The notes: generated from the letters alone by a model not told the origin. A stretch of DNA of 64,000 nucleotides from Bacteroidales bacterium (GCA_017962925.1 JAGCUK010000023.1:9005-73004); one strand, 5' to 3'; positions 29,330-38,294 are shown, counted from the stretch's first letter. Program-made: numbers and translations.

Positions 29330-30979
29330 TTAAAGTGCAACGAATTCGATGTCTTTCAATGCTTTTTCCCGTAGGGAGGGGTCTTTTTCGCATGCAGAAT
29401 CGAGCATTTTCTTGGCATCTTTCAGCTTGCCCTTTCTGGCTGCGACCACGGCGCGGTAGTAATCCGCGATGGCACTGTCGTCATTCTTGAGAGCATCGGC
29501 GGCAGCGTCGAACTCTCCGCACATGATGTTCGCGATGGCCTCATTCACATCCCCTGCGCCCTTGAGTTTGGCGGCGGCGGTGGTGTAATCCCCCTTGGAG
29601 AGGGCTACGATGCCAAGATTCTTTTCGGCGGATGCATTCCCGGACTTCTCGAAGAAATCAGCTGCCTTGTCGAAGTTGCCGCGGCGGAGTTCTACCACTC
29701 CGAGAGCGTTCTGCACGTCCGGATCGGACTGATCCTTAAGCTGCTCCAGATACATCTGGGTGACGGCGTGTGAGCCCTGCTCGAGCTTGAGGATGGCGAG
29801 GTCGTACTTGCCCACCTGGGAGCCGAAACGTTCGGCGGCAGCACGGTAGAAGAGTTCCTTGCGCTCGGGATCCTCGGAGGTGGCGGCGATGCGCAGGACT
29901 GCGGTTTCATCCACCAGATAGAGGAGCTTGCGGTCGGCAAGGCGCTGCAGCTCGGCATCGCTGTAGTTCTCATATTCCACCTCGGTGACGAAGCGGGAAC
30001 GGCGGAGTTCCGGCAGAACCTCTTTCTTGAGCTCGGTGAAGATCTGGCTCATATTGCGGATCTCGCTCTCGCGCACCTCGGGATCGTTGTACATGGAGAG
30101 CACGCGGAGGATCAGGTCCTTATCTTCGATGTCGGATTTGGCGACTGCTTCCTGGAAGCCTTCCCAGTCCTGTCCGACGCTCTTCACGTCCGGGTTAACC
30201 CCTTCCAGGTTCTTGGAAACGTTGTCCCATGCCTTCTTTGCGGCATCCGAACGCTCGTTGGAGAGCTTTGCGTTGCGCTCCTCGCCACCTTCGGGAGATG
30301 CATAAGAGATGATCTTGACGTCTTTGATCTTGGCGCGGGAGTTCTCTGCCAGTTCGTCGAGTTCGGCCTTGTAGCCTTTGAAGGATGCACTGTTGAGTTC
30401 GCCGGGCTTGACGGTGGAGGAGTTTACATCGTAGTGGATCTGGCCCTCGCTGGTCTTGGTGACGCTGTGCTGATAGCCGTCTTCCTTATAGTCGAAGTAT
30501 CCGGTGGTGACGAAATCGTTGCCGGTGAGGATTACTCCGTCCGCGACCTTGCGGCTGGGAAGCACGATGCTCTTGTCTTTATATTTGGCGACGCTGCGCA
30601 GCTCCAGGTAGCACTTCTTCATGCCATCCACGTAGGGGATGCTGAAGTTTTCTACCACGGATCCGCCGTCGGTGGAGATTTCCTTATTGTTTTCGCGAAC
30701 CTTGGAACCCTGATAATTGAAAACTGGGCCAGCCTTCTCTCCGCCTTCATACACGATGACGGGAGTGACCGCGAGCTTGGATTCGGGGGCGAAATACCCT
30801 GCAGGATAGTCGATCGTGATGCTGACGGGGATGTTGTTGTTGATCACGGTCAGCACCGCAGGCTCACAGCTGACACCCACCTTCGTGGAGTCGTCTGCCA
30901 TCTGCTGGGCGGAATTCTTGTTGCATGCGACCAGGGCAAGAAGCAATGCAGCGGCCGCGATAATTTTGTTAATCTTCAT
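29330..30979 (-). CDS. Lipoprotein with OmpA-like central domain and C-terminal TPRs
   Basis: Lipobox LVAC; SYASPEG...N.KLS..R; TPR-like NALG/NLG repeats. Confidence 0.78.
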   Translation of the reverse strand: MKINKIIAAAALLLALVACNKNSAQQMADDSTKVGVSCEPAVLTVINNNIPVSITIDYPAGYFAPESKLAVTPVIVYEGGEKAGPVFNYQGSKVRENNKEISTDGGSVVENFSIPYVDGMKKCYLELRSVAKYKDKSIVLPSRKVADGVILTGNDFVTTGYFDYKEDGYQHSVTKTSEGQIHYDVNSSTVKPGELNSASFKGYKAELDELAENSRAKIKDVKIISYASPEGGEERNAKLSNERSDAAKKAWDNVSKNLEGVNPDVKSVGQDWEGFQEAVAKSDIEDKDLILRVLSMYNDPEVRESEIRNMSQIFTELKKEVLPELRRSRFVTEVEYENYSDAELQRLADRKLLYLVDETAVLRIAATSEDPERKELFYRAAAERFGSQVGKYDLAILKLEQGSHAVTQMYLEQLKDQSDPDVQNALGVVELRRGNFDKAADFFEKSGNASAEKNLGIVALSKGDYTTAAAKLKGAGDVNEAIANIMCGEFDAAADALKNDDSAIADYYRAVVAARKGKLKDAKKMLDSACEKDPSLREKALKDIEFVAL

Positions 30980-31043
30980 ATCAAACATTTGTTATAGCTT
31001 ACAAATATACGCAAAATTCTGCTTTAGCCATGCTTAGGAGCAC

Positions 31044-31076
31044 AAAAAAAGAAGCTGCCGAAATAGCAACTTCTTT
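31044..31076 (-). terminator. Intrinsic terminator after secG
   Basis: On the - strand AAAGAAGTTGC-N7-GCAGCTTC followed by T7. Confidence 0.6.
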
Positions 31077-31119
31077 AAGCGTAATTCCCTATGTTTCAAG
31101 AGAATACTGAACACGCTCC

Positions 31120-31464
31120 TTATTCCGCTTCGGCGGTAGGGGCGGCCTGCTCGATAGGGGCAGTCGGGAACTCGGGCTGAGCGGCAGCCTCGGTGTTCTC
31201 GAGCTGGTTGGTGATATCCATGTCGCTGCTCTTGCTGCGGCTGCTGAAGGAAGCGATGATGGAAACCACGAGGATAAACACTACCAGACCCCAGGTAATC
31301 TTCTCGAGGATATCGGCGGTCTGACGCACACCGAAAGTCTGGTTACCTGCAACGAAATTGCTGGCCAGGCCCTCGCCCTTGCCATTCTGGAGGAGCACCA
31401 CGCCGATCAGCAGGAGGCTCGCCAGGATGATGAGCACTGTAAGGATTGTAAATACTGCGTTCAT
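31120..31464 (-). CDS. secG: Preprotein translocase subunit SecG
   Basis: Two TM helices, VLLQNGKGEGL, LEKITW. Confidence 0.92.
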   Translation of the reverse strand: MNAVFTILTVLIILASLLLIGVVLLQNGKGEGLASNFVAGNQTFGVRQTADILEKITWGLVVFILVVSIIASFSSRSKSSDMDITNQLENTEAAAQPEFPTAPIEQAAPTAEAE

Positions 31465-31467
31465 ATA

Positions 31468-32088
31468 CTAATTCTTTAATTTTTCGATAAGGGCTGCAAA
31501 GTAAGCACTTTTTTCCGGGAATCGCAAACTTAAGCGCGAATAAATTTGTTTTGCCTGCTCCGGATAGCCTTGATCTGCATAGATTTGCGCCAGTGTTTCG
31601 GTGCAGAAATCGGTGAATTCGGCTTCGGAGATGCTTTCGCTGGTGGCTGGGGCGGCGGGGGCATCGCTCTTCGGAGCACTCTCACCCTTGGCCATGGCGG
31701 CGAAGTCCGCATCCCCCTCCTTCTTCACGGCGGCATATTGCTGTGCGGAGAAATAATCTCCTCCCACCACAATAACGCGGCGAGGAGCGCCCTCGTCCTT
31801 GATTTCTCCCACTCCTTCGTCGATATAGGCGCGCAGCAATTCCTTCACCTGATGGTCGGAATAATCCACCCGGTGCCCCTTGTGAGCAAGCTGCGCGATA
31901 ATGCGGCGGGAGCCGATATAAAGGGCGGCATCGGCATAGCGTTCATCGCTCCAGGCACCCTCTCCCAGCTCCGACATCCTCCGACAAAGCTCCTTTCGGG
32001 CGCCGCCGAACCAGGGATAAAGGTTCACTACGCCGTTCAACTCGTCGAGGTTGAGTTTTTTGAGGTCTATGAAGTCTTCGTTTACCAT
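31468..32088 (-). CDS. Conserved Bacteroidetes protein with C-terminal TPR
   Basis: TETLA.IY..QG...A..IY..L.L.FPEKS.YFA; typical lptE-secG context. Confidence 0.8.
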   Translation of the reverse strand: MVNEDFIDLKKLNLDELNGVVNLYPWFGGARKELCRRMSELGEGAWSDERYADAALYIGSRRIIAQLAHKGHRVDYSDHQVKELLRAYIDEGVGEIKDEGAPRRVIVVGGDYFSAQQYAAVKKEGDADFAAMAKGESAPKSDAPAAPATSESISEAEFTDFCTETLAQIYADQGYPEQAKQIYSRLSLRFPEKSAYFAALIEKLKN

Positions 32089-32582
32089 TGGGCTACGGTT
32101 GCGTTGAAAATATCTTCCACAATCTTGTCGATGATCTCGGCGCAAAGGGTGCTTTCCACTGCATCGAGCGAATTGGAGGAATCGTAGTCTGCGTAGGCAG
32201 AGAAACTCTTCCCGGAAAAACTCTCCTCGGGATGCTTGACATTATTGAAGTCCACCCGCACGCTCACGGTAAGGCGGTTCTGCGCCGCGACTTCATTCGC
32301 GGTAACCGCGGAAGCCTGCACGTCATAAGCGGAGATCTCTCCGATAATCTCGAGGTCCCCGTCCATCTCCACCTGCTCCAGACGCGTCATCCTGCGGAAG
32401 CGGGTGCGGATCTCCTCGGAAAGATCGTTCGCAAGCGACGGATTCACCCGCATCGCCTTGTATTCGAAGGTGGGGATGCAAATGGTGTGCACGTCGGGGT
32501 CGATGGAGGTGCCGGTGAAGGAGTAAATCCCGCACCCGGCGAGGCAGAGGGCCACCGAGAGTATGATCAGAATCCGTTTCAT
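32082..32582 (-). CDS. lptE: LptE-family lipoprotein
   Basis: LAGC lipobox, YSFTG.SI, terminal IFNATVAQW. Confidence 0.8.
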   Translation of the reverse strand: MKRILIILSVALCLAGCGIYSFTGTSIDPDVHTICIPTFEYKAMRVNPSLANDLSEEIRTRFRRMTRLEQVEMDGDLEIIGEISAYDVQASAVTANEVAAQNRLTVSVRVDFNNVKHPEESFSGKSFSAYADYDSSNSLDAVESTLCAEIIDKIVEDIFNATVAQW

Positions 32583-33742
32583 TGCTGCTTCTTCTTTGCG
32601 AGTTTGCGGTAGATGGTGCGTTCCGAGATGCCCAGCTCCTCCGCCGCTGCCTTCACATTGCCGACGTGCTTCTCCAGCGCCTTTTCGATAAGGTCGTTAT
32701 TGGCTTTGCGGATGCTGAGGTCCTCGACCTGCTCCTGCCATTCGGCATCGTCGGCCTGGTTGGCAAGATGCTTCGGGGCGGCACCGCTCTCCAGCTCCTT
32801 CACCCTCTCAGACAGGGTATCCACCTCCCCCTTGAGGTCCAACAGGGCCTTCACCAGCACGCGCTTATCCTCATCGCCGAGCCCTCCTCCGGTTGCGGGA
32901 GATGCGATCTGCGGCAGCAGGGTATCCTTCTCGTCAGGGATGTAGCGAGCGATTTCCGCGGCGCCGAGCTCCACCTTATCTGCCTCGGAACTTGCCGGGC
33001 GCGACTCCAGCGCCGTCACCGTCTCCGCCACGTTCTTCAGCTGGCGGATGTTCCCGGGCCAGCGGTAGTTCTTGAGCAGGGAGATGGCGTCTATGCTGAG
33101 GCTGATCTTGCGAAGGCCGAAGCGCTGTGCGAAGTCGGAGGTGAACTTGCGGAAGAGGAGGTAGATATCCTCTTTCCGGTCCCGCAGCGACGGCATGGTG
33201 ATCCGGGCGGCGTTGAGGCGGTAGTAGAGATCCTCGCGGAAGCGCCCCTGCTGCACGGCGGTGTAGAGGTTCATATTGGTGGCGGCGATGATGCGCACGT
33301 CCGTTTTCTCCACTTTGGAGGATCCCACCTTTATATATTCCCCGCTCTGGAGCACGCGAAGCAGCATTGCCTGCGTCTCCTTGGGGAGCTCGCCGATCTC
33401 GTCGAGGAAAAGAGTGCCGCCGTTGGCTTCTTCGAAGTAGCCCTTTCGCTCGCCGATGGCGCCGGTAAAAGCGCCCTTTTCGTGCCCGAAGAGCTCCGCG
33501 TTGATGGTGCCTTCGGGGATGGCTCCGCAGTTGACTGCCAGGTATTTGCCGTTCTTGCGGCGGCTGAACTGATGTATGATCTGGGGGATATTTTCCTTGC
33601 CGACGCCGCTCTCGCCGCTGACCAGCACGGTCAGATCGGTTGGAGCCACCGCCACGGCCGTTTCCAGCGCGTGGTTCAGTGCGGCATCATTCCCTATGAT
33701 GTCGAATTTATTCTTGAGTTTCTGTAGTTCCTGAGTGTCCAT
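32579..33742 (-). CDS. Sigma-54 enhancer-binding AAA+ protein without a sensory domain
   Basis: GESGVGKE, GAFTGA, LFLDEIGE, FREDLYYRL, WPGNIRQL, Fis-type HTH. Confidence 0.92.
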   Translation of the reverse strand: MDTQELQKLKNKFDIIGNDAALNHALETAVAVAPTDLTVLVSGESGVGKENIPQIIHQFSRRKNGKYLAVNCGAIPEGTINAELFGHEKGAFTGAIGERKGYFEEANGGTLFLDEIGELPKETQAMLLRVLQSGEYIKVGSSKVEKTDVRIIAATNMNLYTAVQQGRFREDLYYRLNAARITMPSLRDRKEDIYLLFRKFTSDFAQRFGLRKISLSIDAISLLKNYRWPGNIRQLKNVAETVTALESRPASSEADKVELGAAEIARYIPDEKDTLLPQIASPATGGGLGDEDKRVLVKALLDLKGEVDTLSERVKELESGAAPKHLANQADDAEWQEQVEDLSIRKANNDLIEKALEKHVGNVKAAAEELGISERTIYRKLAKKKQQ

Positions 33743-33775
33743 GACTGTACGTGCCGCAAATATACTAATATTTAC

Positions 33776-33788
33776 TGACATTTTGTCA
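33776..33788. promoter_or_regulatory. Palindromic operator TGACA-TTT-TGTCA
   Basis: Perfect palindrome just upstream of the -7 element (CAAATATA 33757-33764) of the EBP gene; near-identical copy before clpB. Confidence 0.6.
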
Positions 33789-33911
33789 CTGACCGCTTCT
33801 TGCCGGCCTCCCGGAATTGCATAAAGGGCTTAAAAATAGAACAAGATAGCGCAGAAAACACTATATTAGCCGCTTGTAAAGCAGAAAAAACTATTTCTAA
33901 CAACCAACAAT

Positions 33912-34097
33912 ATGTTTTACACTAAAAACAAATTAACCCCCAGTTCTCAAATGGGGGGGGGTGTAAATCCCTATGAATCACCGAGTTGTACCTCGGTTGA
34001 GATTTCTGTAAACGGCCCGTTGTGCCAGAGTGGTCTTACGGATCCTGAGGTTAACCTCGGAACTGATTTGGATCTTGAATTTGGTGGAGACCTTTAA
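33912..34097 (+). CDS. Small YxxP...CxS peptide (61 aa) with internal G9 tract
   Basis: YESPSCTSVEISVNGPLCQS core matches 51113-51238; AT-rich leader. Confidence 0.7.
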   Translation: MFYTKNKLTPSSQMGGGVNPYESPSCTSVEISVNGPLCQSGLTDPEVNLGTDLDLEFGGDL

Positions 34098-34114
34098 TAA
34101 TGGAGGAAAGAGTT

Positions 34115-35875
34115 ATGACAAAGAAAGTTTTCACCGTTCTGGCCATCGCTGCCGCCATGTTTTCTTGCACAAAAGAAATCACAAACGACCAACAGCCCGA
34201 AGAAGCAGCCGGAGGTCGGCTGATTGTTAGGGCAAACAGCCCTTCTACTAAACTCACCTTTACTGATAATGGTGCGGGTGGGTATTCTGTGACGTTTCAG
34301 GATGGTACCGACCATTTGTGGGGTTATTTTAGAAATGGCGCCAGTCAGTTAAACTACATCAACAATAAAGACGAGGAAAAGACTCGTATGTTTATGGAAC
34401 TGGATGAGTCAACTTTGTCAGTTGACCACAAAAGAGCCAGTTTTACCTCTGATTGCAAGCAAATTCCAGCAGAAGCAACTAATATCTTCTTCTATCTGGA
34501 TAACAATGTTACCCCAATTACCTACAATTCCACTCCGACCTTCTGCAATCTTACGAATCAGTCCGGAACTATCGCTGACGCAAATTTATTACACGTAATA
34601 GTAGGAAACACAGAGGTTGCATCTATGACAACAGATTCTAATGGTGATAAGATTGCCGATATTACATTTGAATACAAAACCAGTGTTATCAAACTAGAGT
34701 TGACTTTCCCGGAGGAGATTGTTCCTACCGCCGATGAGAATACTGTTATTACACTTGGAGATGCAAACACTTATAATAAGGTTCATGTTTCCTGGGGAGA
34801 GCCAGGATCATCAAGCACCAAGGGTATAATAACCACGCATCCTTGCTCGGTTGCTGGACAGGTCGCCACGGCTTATATTACCGTATGGGAAGGGACTAAG
34901 TTTGATTCTACTCCGCTCATCGCACAGGTATATGGCCAAAAAGCCACAGTATTGTTATCTACTGCTGCCGTTGATGCCGGAAAGGTATATCGTCTTGCAA
35001 GAACGCTTGTCTATGATGGTGTGGAGGATGTGGACAAATGGGCCGATGACAGCGCGAATAGTTTCCCTTATGCAAAATCTCTAATCGCTAGTCCGGCTGT
35101 CGCCTGGCTGCACTATGACCCTTCTACTGGGGATGTTTCTTGGGATGAGAATACAGATGCTGAGCCCCGTACCGGTTCTATTGATTTTAGTTCCTCTACT
35201 GTCACTGTCACTCAACTTGAACCCAAAGATTTCAAGGGTGAATGGACCCTCACGAGCCAGCGTTTCAAAGGTGCAAATAAGTTGGGTTATACTAGCGCAA
35301 ATCCCGCAACGAACGATGTGGTTTTTGCTGATCCTCTTAGCTCCGCACCTCGTTATGATAGCAAAACAAAACGAAGCATTCCAAACAATATAGGAATTAC
35401 TGGCCTGTATTCCACAGCGATAATGGATGCTGTTGTTTATATTAATTATGTAGAGAAGAGTGCTCAGTTGGGGTTATTCTTTGATGCTACGTCTGCACAA
35501 TCGGTTTCTACGGGGGATGCTACATACACATACGCGGCTTTCCTACCCGAACTTGGAGGGGCCTTTGTTGGTGGTGCGTATAATTTTGTTCCTTATCCTC
35601 TTGGTACCTCCCAAAACTATGGTTGGCTTTGGATGTCTTCTAATAGCACATTTGATGAGTTTAAATACTATTTTGACAATCGCCAGACGTGGGGTGTTTC
35701 CGGGAGCATAAGCAGCAAAATCATTATAGGTATCTCTATTAATGTTTCTAAGTTAGCAACGCCCACATCAACAAGTTTCCGCGGAACAGCCAATGGTTCA
35801 ACGAATTATGAATTGATATATCAGGCAAATGCTGGCGGCAATGTTAATACTGGTATGTATTTCACTCGTAAGTAA
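34115..35875 (+). CDS. Fimbrillin/type V pilin-like lipoprotein (AT-rich)
   Basis: Lipobox MFSC, STK propeptide-like site, NQSGT and AGKVY pilin-like segments, BACON-like segment. Confidence 0.68.
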   Translation: MTKKVFTVLAIAAAMFSCTKEITNDQQPEEAAGGRLIVRANSPSTKLTFTDNGAGGYSVTFQDGTDHLWGYFRNGASQLNYINNKDEEKTRMFMELDESTLSVDHKRASFTSDCKQIPAEATNIFFYLDNNVTPITYNSTPTFCNLTNQSGTIADANLLHVIVGNTEVASMTTDSNGDKIADITFEYKTSVIKLELTFPEEIVPTADENTVITLGDANTYNKVHVSWGEPGSSSTKGIITTHPCSVAGQVATAYITVWEGTKFDSTPLIAQVYGQKATVLLSTAAVDAGKVYRLARTLVYDGVEDVDKWADDSANSFPYAKSLIASPAVAWLHYDPSTGDVSWDENTDAEPRTGSIDFSSSTVTVTQLEPKDFKGEWTLTSQRFKGANKLGYTSANPATNDVVFADPLSSAPRYDSKTKRSIPNNIGITGLYSTAIMDAVVYINYVEKSAQLGLFFDATSAQSVSTGDATYTYAAFLPELGGAFVGGAYNFVPYPLGTSQNYGWLWMSSNSTFDEFKYYFDNRQTWGVSGSISSKIIIGISINVSKLATPTSTSFRGTANGSTNYELIYQANAGGNVNTGMYFTRK

Positions 35876-35915
35876 TAATTGTGATTTGTAACTAATTATA
35901 AATCAATAAATAACG

Positions 35916-35951
35916 CAAAAAGGGTTGTGTATTTTTGCACAACCCTTTTTG
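35916..35951. terminator. Intrinsic terminator-like hairpin
   Basis: CAAAAAGGGTTGTG...CACAACCCTTTTTG. Confidence 0.75.
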
Positions 35952-36002
35952 TTTAATACCCTGCAAGTCAACCACTTGCCAATCACGGCCCTGTTGGTAT
36001 GG

Positions 36003-36087
36003 GGTGTCGTGCGTAGAAAGGGCTGTTTTACGCACGAAGGGGTGATTTTTTGAGGTGTCGTGCGTGAAAAGGCCTGTTTCACGCACG
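36003..36087. repeat. Two tandem 34-bp REP-like palindromes (51-bp period)
   Basis: GGTGTCGTGCGT...ACGCACG at 36003-36036 and 36054-36087. Confidence 0.75.
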
Positions 36088-36111
36088 GGGACGCGACAGG
36101 GGGCTTTCAGA

Positions 36112-36141
36112 TGACATTTTGTCTTTGGTCCGCAGTTTGGA
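36112..36141 (+). promoter_or_regulatory. TGACA-TTT-TGTCT box plus sigma-54-like -24/-12 promoter of clpB
   Basis: TGGTCCGCAGTTTGGA at 36126-36141 compared with consensus TGGCACG-N4-TTGCW. Confidence 0.5.
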
Positions 36142-36184
36142 CTCGTTACCGTGCCGGACAATCCGGAAAAAGGAGATTTGTATT

Positions 36185-38236
36185 ATGGACAACAAATATG
36201 AATTCTTGAGCAAATATGCCATAGACCTCAACGAGGCCGCGGCTAAAGGCAAGCTCGACCCTGTGATCGGGCGCGACGACGAAATCCGCCGCGTGCTGCA
36301 GATCCTGAGCCGTCGAACCAAGAACAACCCCATCCTGGTTGGTGAACCGGGCGTGGGCAAGACAGCTATTTCCGAGGGTATCGCAACCAAGATAATCAAC
36401 GGCCAGGTGCCGGAAAACCTGAAATCCAAGAAAGTTTATTCTCTGGACATGGGCGCCCTGATCGCGGGTGCAAAGTACCAGGGCGAGTTCGAGGAGCGCT
36501 TGAAAGGTGTGGTGAAGGAAGTGGTGGAAAGCGAGGGCGAAATCATCCTCTTTATCGATGAAATCCATACCCTCGTCGGGGCAGGACGCTCCAGCGGCGC
36601 GATGGATGCTTCCAACATCCTGAAGCCGGCACTGGCGCGCGGCGAGCTGCGTACCATCGGCTCCACCACCCTGGACGAGTACCAGAAGTACTTCGAGCAG
36701 GATAAGGCCCTCGAGCGCCGCTTCCAGAAGGTGATGGTGGATGAGCCCTCGCCGGCGGAATCCATCGCCATCCTCCGAGGCCTGAAGGAGAAGTACGAGA
36801 ACCACCATAAGGTGCGCATAGAGGATGATGCCCTCATCGCGGCAGTCAACCTCAGCCATAGGTATATCAACAACCGTTTCCTGCCGGATAAAGCCATCGA
36901 CCTGGTGGATGAAGCGGCCTCCAAACTGCGTCTGGAGATGAATTCGGTGCCGGAGCCTATCGACGACCTGAATTCCCGCATCCGCCAGCTGGAGATCGAG
37001 AAGGAGGCGGTGAAGCGCGAGAGTACCTCGCTGAAGGCAGAGAAGATAGATTCCGAGTTGACCGAGGCCAAGGCGAAGCGCGAGGAGCTGATGAAGCGCT
37101 GGGATGCTGAGAAGAGCCTGGTCACCGACCTGCAGAAGGCCCGCCAGGACATCGAGGACTGCGAGAACGAGGCGCGGATAGCCGAGCGCCAGGGCGACTA
37201 CGGCAAGGTCGCGGAGCTGCGATATGGCAAGATCGCCCAGGCCAGGGCAAGGATAGAAGAGCTCACCAAGAAGCAGGCTACCATCAAGGATCCTATTATA
37301 AATGAGGCGGTTACGCCGGAGGATATAGCCGAGGTGGTGGCACGCTGGACCGGCATCCCCGTGAACCGTATGCTGGAGAGCGAGAAGGAGAAACTGCTGC
37401 GCATGGAGGCGGAGCTGCACAAGCGCGTGGTGGGGCAGGACAAAGCCATCGCCGCCGTATCCGACGCAGTCCGCCGCAGCCGGGCAGGCCTCTCGAACGA
37501 GCATCGGCCGATAGGCTCATTCCTCTTTCTGGGCACCACCGGCGTGGGCAAGACCGAACTGGCAAAGGCCCTCGCGGAGTTCCTCTTCAACGACGAAACC
37601 ATGATGACCCGTATCGATATGAGCGAGTACCAGGAGTCCCACACCGTCAGGCGTCTGATCGGCGCGCCTCCCGGATACGTGGGTTATGATGAAGGCGGCC
37701 AGCTGACCGAAGCCGTGCGCCGCAAGCCCTATTCCGTGGTGCTGCTCGACGAGATCGAAAAAGCGCATCCGGACGTGTTCAACATCCTCCTGCAGGTGCT
37801 GGACGACGGCCGCCTGACGGATAACAAGGGCCGTACGGTGGACTTCAAGAACACCATTTTGATCATGACCTCCAACCTCAAGGAGGAGGAACTGCGCCTG
37901 CGGATGAGGCCGGAGTTCCTGAACAGAATTGATGAAATCGTGGTATTCGACGCCCTGACCAAGGACGACATCCGCGAGATAGTGCATATCCAGATGAATA
38001 TCCTTCAGCGGAAACTGGAAGATGAGAACGTGCGCCTGACCTACACCCGCGCCTTCGAAGACGACATGGTGGAGAACGGCTACGACCCTGTCTTCGGCGC
38101 CCGTCCTGTTAAGCGCCTCATCCAGCGAGAACTGGTGAATAAGCTCGCCAGAGAGATTCTGGAGGGCCGCGTGAGGAAGGATTCTGCTATCGAAGTGGAC
38201 TGCGTCGGTGGCGAGACCGTGCTGAGGAATAAGTAA
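36185..38236 (+). CDS. clpB: ClpB chaperone lacking the N-terminal Clp repeat domain
   Basis: [18 protein letters not shown], coiled-coil M-domain [23 protein letters not shown]. Confidence 0.93.
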   Translation: MDNKYEFLSKYAIDLNEAAAKGKLDPVIGRDDEIRRVLQILSRRTKNNPILVGEPGVGKTAISEGIATKIINGQVPENLKSKKVYSLDMGALIAGAKYQGEFEERLKGVVKEVVESEGEIILFIDEIHTLVGAGRSSGAMDASNILKPALARGELRTIGSTTLDEYQKYFEQDKALERRFQKVMVDEPSPAESIAILRGLKEKYENHHKVRIEDDALIAAVNLSHRYINNRFLPDKAIDLVDEAASKLRLEMNSVPEPIDDLNSRIRQLEIEKEAVKRESTSLKAEKIDSELTEAKAKREELMKRWDAEKSLVTDLQKARQDIEDCENEARIAERQGDYGKVAELRYGKIAQARARIEELTKKQATIKDPIINEAVTPEDIAEVVARWTGIPVNRMLESEKEKLLRMEAELHKRVVGQDKAIAAVSDAVRRSRAGLSNEHRPIGSFLFLGTTGVGKTELAKALAEFLFNDETMMTRIDMSEYQESHTVRRLIGAPPGYVGYDEGGQLTEAVRRKPYSVVLLDEIEKAHPDVFNILLQVLDDGRLTDNKGRTVDFKNTILIMTSNLKEEELRLRMRPEFLNRIDEIVVFDALTKDDIREIVHIQMNILQRKLEDENVRLTYTRAFEDDMVENGYDPVFGARPVKRLIQRELVNKLAREILEGRVRKDSAIEVDCVGGETVLRNK

Positions 38237-38294
38237 GCCGTTTGCGCGGGGACGGATGCAACGAATGCGCGTGCGTTGTCATCTATCTACCGCT

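Noticed and set aside
33912-34097. YxxP peptides as lasso-peptide precursors of a local RiPP cluster
   Set aside because: No cyclase, leader peptidase, RRE, radical SAM enzyme or transporter nearby; kept only as a trans-acting possibility
35916-36087. GTTGTG...CACAAC hairpin and tandem palindromes as a possible CRISPR array
   Set aside because: One hairpin plus two non-identical units with a 17-bp gap; no spacer series and no cas genes
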